From: Minutocellus sp. GHC0000111
Lineage: Eukaryota
NCBI GenBank assembly: GCA_977018835.1
Contig: OZ361256.1
Location: forward strand, 6,076,001-6,140,000
Length of the DNA: 64,000 nt
Direction: 5' to 3'
A model generated the notes under the pieces. The model saw only the letters and a list, made by a program, of their open reading frames with translations, did no database searches and was not told the origin of the DNA. Below, piece by piece: positions 11,297-20,733 of this stretch. Each line of letters opens with the position of its first letter. The first letter of the stretch is position 1. Both the position numbers and the translations under genes were made by a program.

Positions 11297-12445
11297 CTTT
11301 GCTGAAATGTATGCTCAAGTGTAAGAAAGCGATCTGCAAATAAGAAGTGAATCAAATTAGGAGATAGTGAAACGTTAGAAAGTTGCCATTGGTCGTATAT
11401 ATGAATCGAAGATGCAAGAGGAAATTGGAGGATGCAATTGCAATTCACCAATTCCTCCAGATGGAACGTGGAAATCAGCTTTCAAAAAGAGGGATTTCCC
11501 ATATCGATAACAGAAATTGCGGTGCATAATATGCTGGAATTTACAAACTGGTGCACCTCAAAATAGCGTGAGGCCCAAGACCACATGCTTCGCAGCCAAA
11601 TCGATCAGATTCATTTATTATATTGAAGCTTCGAAACTAAATAGATCTTCGCACATCCGCAATCCTCCAGATGCGCCATCGTCGATACAGAGTGCTGACC
11701 CAAACAAAACTCAGGGAAAATAATCAAGCACATTGTCTGAATGCAATTGATCTGCGAAAGCGTCTCAGTTGCCATGACAGTCCATGCATTCCTCTTCCGT
11801 CCAGGAAGCGGATCGACTTACAAAGCTACTTCAATCAATAAATAAATGTGAGGTCAAGTGATGGGTGAGGTCGGTTCGGAGAGAGACGCATCAAAGATTT
11901 TCGGCTCATAACCCCAAAAAAGCTCACAAAAGTACTGTCGCCTGTTTGAAATGTCACCTGACCGTGCCTGATTGACACCAACTTCTGAAAATGCAAAAAT
12001 TTGCTCCAGTTGTACACTCCTCCATTGCATCGTTGCCGCAAGCTTTCCAAAATGGGACTGAGAGAGAGTGATAATTGTCAGAAGACACCCGTTCCAATAT
12101 CTTCCTCCGGCAAAGCTGCACTTTGGTCACCGATGATATCTACGTACAATCGGCTCACAAACTGCTTGTCGCATCAACTCGCATCAAGAGCCAAACACAA
12201 CGTCCTTCTGTAAGCATAACTGCGTTTCGTCATGTTTGTGCCTTTTTTGTGGCGACAGCCTGCCATATTCGTAGCACGTACCGTTGCGTTGATGAACATT
12301 TTTTCTTGTTCCCTTCCCTACTTATTGCGATCTTTCCTCCGATCAGAAAGACATTCGGCCTAATTCAACACCTGACATCTATCTTTATCATCGACCTGTT
12401 GCCTCTCTTTTTTTTTTGCAGCGGAAAATTCCTATCTATTCAACC

Positions 12446-13573
12446 ATGGCCTGCACTTTCGATCGCACCAACCCTCTCGGCGGATTGCCCCCCAAGCACG
12501 TCCTGGTCGAGGGCGGATATAAGCCAAAGTTCACCGACAAGCTCCAGCTCGAGGAGGCACTGACTCTGTGCAAGACGACTCTTGAAGACAACCTCAAGAA
12601 GAACATTAATCTTGTTCGTGTCAGTGCTCCCATGTTCGTCACAAGGTCATCGGGCTTCAACGACAACCTCAACGGTGTGGAACGCCCGGCTACATTTGAG
12701 CCTCGTGATTTCCCCGGAACTCATCTGGAGGTTCCCTTTTCGCTCGCCAAGTGGAAGCGTTGGGCTCTTCACTACTACGGCATCGAGGCCGGGAAGGGAC
12801 TTGTTACTGATTTCCGCGGTCTTCGTTGCGATGATGACGTTGACTTCACCCACTCCTTGTACGTCGATCAGTTCGACTGGGAGAAGGTCCTCAAGCCAGA
12901 AGATCGCAACGTCGAGTACTTGAAGGAGACCGTCAAGGGCATCTACAAGGCCATGTACGATACCGAGCAGACCATCTGCAAAAAGTATGGATATGAGGCC
13001 CTGCTCCCCGAAGAAGTTCACTTCGCCACCTCCGACGATATGATCCGTGACTATCCTCACGCCACTCCAAAGGAGCGTGAGAACATTCTGTGCAAGAAGC
13101 ACAAGGCCGTCTTCTTTATTGGCATCGGTGGACTCAAGGAAGATGGCGAGCTCCGTCATGACGGGCGCGCCCCCGACTATGACGATTGGATCACCCAGCG
13201 CCCCGATGGCGGATACGGTCTCAACGGTGACCTCCTCGTCTGGAATCCTCTTCTCCAGCAATCCTTCGAACTGTCTTCGATGGGCATCCGCGTCAACCCC
13301 GAGGTTCTGATGAAGCAGCTCGATCTGTGCAAGGTCCCGGAACGCAAGAACTTTGTCTGGCACAAAATGCTCCTCGACGGAACTCTCCCCCAGACCATCG
13401 GTGGTGGTATCGGCCAGAGCCGTACCTGCCAGTTCATGCTGCGCTGTGCTCATATTGGTGAGGTCCAGCATGGATGGTACAACCCCAAGGAGGTTGAAAT
13501 TCTCAAGAAGAGCAAGATCAACCTTCTTGGCCTTGGAGAGTTCGAGTCCGACCCTGCAGCCACGAGCCAGTAA
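12446..13573 (+). CDS. asnA: Aspartate-ammonia ligase (asparagine synthetase A), copy 2; no intron in the CDS
   Basis: Same AsnA motifs in one uninterrupted ORF; ATG in aaccATG context; highly similar to copy 1, in inverted orientation. Confidence 0.95.
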   Translation: MACTFDRTNPLGGLPPKHVLVEGGYKPKFTDKLQLEEALTLCKTTLEDNLKKNINLVRVSAPMFVTRSSGFNDNLNGVERPATFEPRDFPGTHLEVPFSLAKWKRWALHYYGIEAGKGLVTDFRGLRCDDDVDFTHSLYVDQFDWEKVLKPEDRNVEYLKETVKGIYKAMYDTEQTICKKYGYEALLPEEVHFATSDDMIRDYPHATPKERENILCKKHKAVFFIGIGGLKEDGELRHDGRAPDYDDWITQRPDGGYGLNGDLLVWNPLLQQSFELSSMGIRVNPEVLMKQLDLCKVPERKNFVWHKMLLDGTLPQTIGGGIGQSRTCQFMLRCAHIGEVQHGWYNPKEVEILKKSKINLLGLGEFESDPAATSQ

Positions 13574-13927
13574 TTATTGTTGATCGAATCTGTTTCGCTC
13601 CCAACCAACCCGTTTGCATATGATGTTTTGAAATTGAAGGATGGATGTGCCAAAAACAACAACAATGATCGCTCATCTCCTCGCCTCTGTCTGACTTAGT
13701 TTTAGTTTCCTTTGCCGCTCAAAATACAGTTCATTTTTACAATTTATGGAACTGTTGCAAGTTTTTGCTAGCTTTTGATTGAAATAAAATTAGACCCTAT
13801 GTGGTACGTTTATGATTCTACGGTATTCATTCAAATGATCTGTTGATCCATCCGCTGTTTCTCGTTCCTGCCGGGGACCGACCGAAATAAATGAAGAAAT
13901 AAATTAGTATTCCTACGCGACGAGTAG

Positions 13928-15423
13928 AGAGTGATTTCACGAGAGAGCAGACACCCCCTCCGCGATGTTTCGTAAACATTGTACCAAAGTAATTTTATTG
14001 CTGATTACTGCTTAGAAGGATGTTGTAGACCATAATCAACAATAAAATTACTTTGGTACAATGATCTTGGGTGTTAATTCAGCACATCTTATAGATACGG
14101 AAGAGAGTGTTTTGATTTGGTCTTAAATTTTATTTTTTGTGGATTGATATAGCTGTGCTGCTTGAGAGAAAGAAAATTTTGTATCGAATTTCATCATAAA
14201 ACGAAACCCATTTGCTCAAACAAGAGGTGCCACAAGATGTGTTGCCGATGTGCCTCCCATTGAAACTAAACAAGAATACGGGGCACCGTACCCTTGTAAT
14301 AGCCTTCCACAACACTGTGATGCAGCAGGGGACTTGCGATTACCTTTTTGAGGCTTGAAAAAGTCGTTCGCGTTGTGCCCGATTTTTTCGACAGTTTCCG
14401 ACGTTCCATCACGACCATGTTCGCCCGATGTGCAGCACCACCCCCGCCATCGCACACACTCTGGCCACCTCGATACCTTCCTGAATATCACTGGAAGGGA
14501 TTGCTGGGTGGTAGTGGGGCGTCAATGCGTGCCTGCTCCGCAAAATGTTGCCCAGGGACACTACCACCCCCATCACACCACCCGCCCGAAGTTGGTTCGG
14601 ATACTATTTCGTGGTCCATGCATCACTTCCGTTTCACTGATCAGTCGCTGCTGCGCCCATGTGTATATACCACGAGCAGTTAAGTGGGGGGTGGTGGCAT
14701 CTCTTCACAATTCATCGAGAAAACTGTGCCCAACGTCCTGTTTCTGGTGTCGGCACCAGATTGCACCTTCATTGCTTCTGCCGCCCGAGAGGAAAGAAAT
14801 CTGATAAAACGACCAAGCCAACACGTGGGATCGATGGATGCAACAATAAATTAGTATCCTGCGTGCTGGTGATGCGTGAAGAATCAGTGCTTGAGGCTCG
14901 AGGAGGGTTGTAGTTGGGGATTCGCTGCTTTCGGAAGCTTTTTCTTTTCATAGTGACGGCCACGAAGATGCAAAGATGGGGTCCAATACCGACCCTTTCG
15001 TGCCAAACCGCCCCCCACATGATCCGAGTGGAAGTCATGCTGGCCAGGGGGGATTGAAAGGGCTGTAGAGAATCATGAGCTATTCTTCTTTGCCATTTTG
15101 AGGGGTAAAAATATTTGAAATTTCACGGGTGTGAGGAGATATTGCTAAAATAGCACATGATGTACGAATGGATGTTCTTTCAAGTATTCAATACTCACCT
15201 AATATATGTAGTTGGTGTATGCATATATTGGCTTGGGGCCAATCATTGTTATGCCAACATTAGATGGCCTTCTTGTTGAGATGAATTCTCCCTTGCTTTC
15301 GTCGCGTTGAGTGAGGCCATTTAGTGGGTTCATTTTTTACACTGGATAAAACATCGTATAAACAGTTTTTCTAGTGGCTACATGTTTACGTCAATTTTGT
15401 CGGCGGTCTCGTGAAATCACTCT
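13928..15423. mobile_element. Non-autonomous TIR DNA element (~1.5 kb, possibly PIF/Harbinger-like)
   Basis: Perfect 17-bp inverted repeat AGAGTGATTTCACGAGA at 13928-13944 and its reverse complement at 15407-15423, plus a subterminal match (cgtaaacat) at both ends. No convincing ORF inside. TSD not cleanly resolved (TAG on the left, AGCTAGTAG on the right). Confidence 0.7.
13977..14063. repeat. 31-bp inverted repeat / 87-nt hairpin
   Basis: cattgtaccaaagtaattttattgctgatta (13977-14007) pairs with 14033-14063 with one mismatch; 25-nt loop. Confidence 0.9.
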
Positions 15424-15645
15424 AGCTAGTAGCTACGTAGGCTACCTAGGTAGGCTACGAGGTCCGGGACAGCAATTTCGGGGACCCGGTTTTTTGGGTC
15501 TTTGGACTTTCCGACACGGCGGTTTGCGCGCACCTTGAAAAACACGCGAATCAAAACACATCCGTCAACAACCGACCTCCAAGCAATTACCACAAATAGA
15601 CTGGGCAACTTCTGCCGACTGGCGCTTCAAGAAGCTTCCATACTC

Positions 15646-16782
15646 ATGGATACTCCAAAGGGACACATCTTCAGTCCACCGCGTCCACCGAAACGCGCCG
15701 AGGCGACTGCATTCAGCCCCTCGCGCCATGAGAAGGAAACTTCCAACGAAACGCCGGAACATCCGCGGTATCGAGAGAACAAGGACAACGATGACGAGGA
15801 GGACAACCAAGGGGTCCCACCGGCATCGTCAGACCTCACATCTCCTCGTGTGTTGAAATATCGACGCGAGTACAACGAAGAGGATGGCTTCGCCGCCGAA
15901 CAAGCCCAAGCAAGGAAGTACTTGCATCATGACATATTGCGTGCCGACTTTCGCGGTACCGCTACCGTTTCATCTCATTCTGATGAAGATGATTCATTCT
16001 CAGAGATGAGCATAGCAACCGCCGACGCAAAGCCAAGCGGCGAGAGGAGAAAGCCCGTGAGCTCATTCGACCTTCCCTCCGCCACGCCCATGGTAACAAA
16101 TCCAATGTCAGTTCATACTCAGTATGCTCTTACCCCAAGCCGCTCATGCCCGTCGTTCAGCAACCTTCAATTGTCATCCCCTACCATCTTGGAGCCCTTG
16201 CCTCCAACCGAACCAACCGAACGACAGATTGAACGAGAGGTTGAGGAACATCGGAGGCTTGCGTGCTTTTTGACGTACGGAGAAGCACCACTACCACAAG
16301 ATATAAAGAACTACAAGTCACCCACATGTAGTCAGAGGCCCGAACCAAGAAGAAAAGAGAAAGGGGTCTACCTCCCCTTCAAACAAGTTCCTGGTTGGGG
16401 TAGCGAGGTCGCGGTCACCACAGTGCTAGGCATGATCGAAGTCGATCGCCAAGTAAGAGAGGGTCGTGGTGCCTACCCGAAAGGGTGGAGAAGCAGAGAA
16501 CTCGGATTGTATGATGACAAGACAATAGAATTCTCTATTGCATTATCTACTGACAAGATTGCATTAGATGCATATAAGTTGGGATATGAGGATGGGAGTA
16601 AACAACCAACTGCTCACCCTGCCCTCACTGACAATAAACTTGCCGATGCATATGGTGTGAAGCGCGGAAAGATTCGTCAGTCCCTCCACGCTGTGTGGCT
16701 TTCTAATGATCATAAGAAGGCCAAGGAGGCAAAAAAGAATACCGGTAGAAATAGAAGAACAAAGAAGCCCACCGTGATATAA
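15646..16782 (+). CDS. Transposon-borne 378-aa ORF with disordered N-terminal half and HTH-like C-terminus
   Basis: Uninterrupted ORF inside the TIRs, convergent with the transposase. C-terminal LTDNKLADAYGVKRGKIRQSL resembles a helix-turn-helix and is followed by a basic NLS-like tail. Confidence 0.6.
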   Translation: MDTPKGHIFSPPRPPKRAEATAFSPSRHEKETSNETPEHPRYRENKDNDDEEDNQGVPPASSDLTSPRVLKYRREYNEEDGFAAEQAQARKYLHHDILRADFRGTATVSSHSDEDDSFSEMSIATADAKPSGERRKPVSSFDLPSATPMVTNPMSVHTQYALTPSRSCPSFSNLQLSSPTILEPLPPTEPTERQIEREVEEHRRLACFLTYGEAPLPQDIKNYKSPTCSQRPEPRRKEKGVYLPFKQVPGWGSEVAVTTVLGMIEVDRQVREGRGAYPKGWRSRELGLYDDKTIEFSIALSTDKIALDAYKLGYEDGSKQPTAHPALTDNKLADAYGVKRGKIRQSLHAVWLSNDHKKAKEAKKNTGRNRRTKKPTVI

Positions 16783-16877
16783 ACAAACCAATGCTGCTGC
16801 ATCTTACATGTAGATCTATAAATAATTTGTAGACGTGTAACATTTATTTAATACATGTGTAAAGATATTAATACTAT

Positions 16878-18891
16878 CTATTTATTAGAAGGATGACGAG
16901 CTGAGGGCTCCATCCCCTTGGCCGTTTCGTTGACGTCGATCCTAATTCCAGTGTTTAAGTTTTCGTCACCCAACCTTCCAACAAACTCATTGCTACCACC
17001 GGCCTTAATCACCAGGCCCATTATCCTCCAGTACTGAATGAAGGCCGAAGCAATTTTGCAGTTAGGCATGCTATCGTAAACGTCCTCGGCAGTGTCCCAG
17101 ATCTGGTCGGTGGAAATGACGGAGGTGCCTACCATTTTTCGTGCCCATTCCGAGTGCCGCCGGCTCATCGCGGGGAACACGCTCAAGTCAAGGACGTTGG
17201 CGTGAGGCATCTGCGGTGCCTGTGGCTGCCACGTCCAGCCTTGCTCAGCACAGAAGTTAGTAACAAATTGCGTGAAGGTTCCGTCCTCGTGAGGCCCGGC
17301 CTGGTCGCCCTGGATAATAACATGCATGGCAATCTTCGTATTACTTGCCCGGACCGACAAGGTTGAGAATCGCTGGGAAAATAGTCTCCTTGAATACGAG
17401 GAGCAAAGAGCATTTCGGATCCTTTTTGGTGCCTTCGTTCGATCCAGTAACGCAACAATCAACAAGAAACGACTCTCCTTTCCGGCGAAGAGGTTCCTTT
17501 GGTGTCCCATCGGGGTTGGTATTTGGGTACCGCATTGAACCATCAGGCTGTGATGCTGCTTCGTACTGAGCTCGCTCCGCTATTTTAGGAGCTTGAGCTC
17601 GCACCAGTGGCAGTTTTACAACCTCGCACCCACTCTCAAGAGAACCGTCAAAGACAGCGGCAACAAATGCAATGGCCATGACCTTGTTGATGTGGCTCCT
17701 GTGAAAGGCCGCGTAATCTCGCTTTTTCACGCCGATTTCCTCGCAAGCCTTCTTCGCAAAAGCTCGGAGGACGAGACCCCAGAACCATTTCTCATCGTAA
17801 TGCACGAGGAGAACTCGCTTCTTTCCATTCGGTAAATTGCCGTCCGTTTGCGCCTGTCCTTGGCAATTGAATCGGTATTGAGGCCGAGTGGGATCGGGGT
17901 GATGGCCTTGAGAGGCACATTCTTGTGCATCATGCCACCAAAAGGCTTCTCATGCTGGACATCGCAAAGAGTGCCTCCACCGACACCTCGACTGTTCATA
18001 ACAAATCCCTTGCCCTCAGGCCGATTCATGTTGGGACTGAAGTCGGCAGACACAAGGACATATTCCCCAGCACTGATGGCAGGTCGCATGTTGTCTTCCA
18101 TTCTCATTGCTTTCTTGCGTTCGGGTGGTGCATCCGTCGGCATCCTGTGCGACCGAAGATGTTCGCGCATTTGCACCCTCTGCTCCAAATGACGCATCGC
18201 CTCCTTCATTTTGTTCCTTTTCTTCTCGGCATCGGCCATGGCCTTTTCATCCTTCCGCTTTTCTCGTTTCAAGGCATCCCTTAGCCCTTTCAAAGTCTCC
18301 TCTGCAGCTTTGCATTTTGCGCTTCGGCCTCTCAACCAGCAGCACATCCAAATTCTCCTCGGTCGATCCACCAGAATTGGCGGTGCCGGTAGCAGAAACA
18401 CCGACACTGGCAGGATTGCCAGATTCTTCACTGTTGCCGCTTCCATCCACCACCATGGACTCGGCGATGCCCCCAGCTTCGATGTTATCATCACCAGGAC
18501 GAGCAGCGACACCAGCATTGTCCTCGACCGTCGGCTCAGGGCTGGCATCGGCGTTGTTGGATGACGAATTGCGCCGAGCAATTTGAATTTGAGAAATCGG
18601 CACATCTTGTGCCGGATCAGGACCGGTCTGGCTCGGACAGCACAGCTCCTCCTCTCGGGCTTGCTCCACAACGTCCTGCTGTTTCTGAAGTGAGAGGCCC
18701 GCCCATGCCCGGTTCGCTATGGTCTGGATCATCCCAGGAGACTTGCCACGAATCGTAGAGGCATCGATGGTGCAGCTCCGATGGACAAAATAATCAAAGC
18801 ATGGGATGGAGCTGCCGGACCGACGGGAGCGGCGACATGCTGGCGCATCAGCTGCGGTGGCAGCAGCAGCAACAGCCATTTGCATTAACAT
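16878..18891 (-). pseudogene. Mariner-type transposase (related to the plant DD39D group), decayed
   Basis: Fragments in four ORFs. Motifs VHYDEKWFW, HINKVM, IIQGDQAGPH, PQAPQMPHANVLDLSVFPAM correspond to HIDEKWF / QQDNA-x-x-H / QPPNSPDLNVLDLGFF. Lesions: frame changes near 18330 and 17835, TAA at 17341-17343, CATG duplication at 17321-17328. True 5' end uncertain. Confidence 0.85.
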
Positions 18892-19866
18892 GGTGTTGGA
18901 TGCAGTGTTTTGTGGCAGCAGAGCAACAGTTTGTATGTCGGTTGGTTGGAAACGAGGAAGGTTTCATTGAGTGGCTTGCGCGCCGGGCGCGCCGGGCGGG
19001 TGATGATTTTTTTGGCGCCCGCTCGACTTTGGCGCGGTGGGTCACCCGGACCGCACAGCAAGACACGCCATCATGGGGACCATGGAGACCGACATCGGAG
19101 CTCAAACCACATGGCTACTTGAATCAATGCATTTGGGAGGTGGTGGTGGTGGGGTCGGGAGGTGGAGGAGGTGACCGGTTGTCATCGGAAAAACTGGCAG
19201 AAGTCGGGAGGGGCGATGGATGGGGTGAGTCGGCCAGACGCTGGCATGGGAAGATGAAATCGATGTCTCCGAGTCGGTCCAAGGTCGGTCAAGGACCAAA
19301 CCTTTCTCTGGAGATACCACGCTTATCCCTTGCGTGAAGCGGATGCCGTCGGCACTGCCGTCACCGCCATCTTGAAGACAGGACGACAGCAAATAAATGC
19401 TGCTTGCTGCGTGCGTTTGTGCTGATTTTTATGAGATTTTCCCAAAGACCCGAAAACCGGGTCCCTGAAACTGCTGTCCGCGACCTCGTAGAGAGTCAGT
19501 CATGGAAAGAATGAATCCGTCTGTCCTTCGCCCTTTTCAAGCCCAAGCGGAAATTCACAGTTGAATTCGAACAAAGGTGGCCGAAGCGGAAGTAGTTCGA
19601 GCGATGATGCCCAGCAATTCCTCGAGAGCAGGGTACTCCTTGCTCATTCCTCGTGAAATCAATGATTCGTCCTATAGTTTCCATTTCCTACATAGCCAGA
19701 AACTTGTCGGTACGACAAAGTAAACCAAACGACGCATAGCAATTGTGTCCGATGCATCTCTATCGGTCGCCGTCGTGCTCGATCCAAAAGCACCAACGCA
19801 TCGCCGCCCAAACCCGACCCAAACGAAATTCCACCGCATGCAGGCCCCAAGGCTTTTGCGGTCGGA

Positions 19867-20655
19867 GTGCTCGGAGGAACGTTGGGCTCCTTTGTGGGCA
19901 TCGGGGGTGGCGTGTTTACAATTCCGATCCTTACGTCATCGTATCTTCGCCTGACCCAACGACAGGCCAATGCGTCCAATTTGGTGGCCGTCGCTGCGAC
20001 CGGTTTCGCCGGTGCTGCGGCGTATGCCCTTGCTGATGTATCAGGCGGTAGCCAAGATGAAAACTCAGCATTGTGTCAGAACAATGTCCAGCTTGACATG
20101 GCAATGGCGGCTGCCGTATGCGGAATGGTCACTGCCAGGATGGGTGCAAAGATGTCTAATAAGCTCAGTGAACGCACGTTGAAGCGAGGTTTGGCGGCGG
20201 TTATGTACACGGCTGCCCCAGCTGTTCATCTTCAGAGTTTTATTGATAGCTCTAAAGGCGGCGAAAAAAAAACTACGGATGAGTCTGTAGCCTTGATGCC
20301 GAGACTCTTGCCAGCTGCAATTATTGGATCAAGTGCCGGTGTGTTCTCTGGGATTACAGGACTAGGTGGCGGTATCATCACAGTGTCAGCCTTCACACTA
20401 TTCACAGATCTTACTTACAAGCAAGCGTTGGGAACGAGTCTATGCGCCATGGTACTACCGGCATCAGTTGGCGCCGTCACTCATCACTTTAGTGGAAACA
20501 TCGTTTGGCGTGTCGCTCCTTTCTTGGCTGCAGGTGCTGGATGTGGAGCTTACGCTGGTGGCAGCATCGGATCGCGCTTACCGGAGAAGGAGCTGAAATG
20601 TTGTTTCTCAGCTGCTATGCTTGCGCTTGGAACAAGAGTGCTTCTTCGCGCCTGA
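19867..20655 (+). CDS. Sulfite exporter TauE/SafE (DUF81) family membrane protein
   Basis: Two half-repeats GSFVGIGGGVFTIPIL and SGITGLGGGIITV; A-x-GTSL motif; multiple TM segments. The frame is open from 19696 but has no upstream in-frame ATG, so the start is uncertain (a candidate ATG at 19662 is out of frame). Confidence 0.85.
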   Translation: MLGGTLGSFVGIGGGVFTIPILTSSYLRLTQRQANASNLVAVAATGFAGAAAYALADVSGGSQDENSALCQNNVQLDMAMAAAVCGMVTARMGAKMSNKLSERTLKRGLAAVMYTAAPAVHLQSFIDSSKGGEKKTTDESVALMPRLLPAAIIGSSAGVFSGITGLGGGIITVSAFTLFTDLTYKQALGTSLCAMVLPASVGAVTHHFSGNIVWRVAPFLAAGAGCGAYAGGSIGSRLPEKELKCCFSAAMLALGTRVLLRA

Positions 20656-20733
20656 AGTGCTAAGTTTTATTCTCTGCACAATTTTATAATCAACAGTATT
20701 TACAAAAGATGCTACTCTTCTAAGCCATCCGTA

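Larger units (their letters stand above)
15458..19488. mobile_element. Tc1/mariner DNA transposon (4031 bp) with cargo ORF
   Basis: Imperfect ~48-bp TIRs (15458-15505, 19442-19488) beginning CGAGGTC; TA duplicated on both sides (15456-15457, 19489-19490); internal transposase motifs HYDEKWF, QGDQAGPH, NVLDL. Confidence 0.92.

Noticed and set aside
15646..16782. Cargo ORF as a Fanzor/TnpB RNA-guided nuclease
   Set aside because: No RuvC D-x-G, E or terminal D motifs and no CxxC zinc finger visible; no clear guide-RNA scaffold at the element end.
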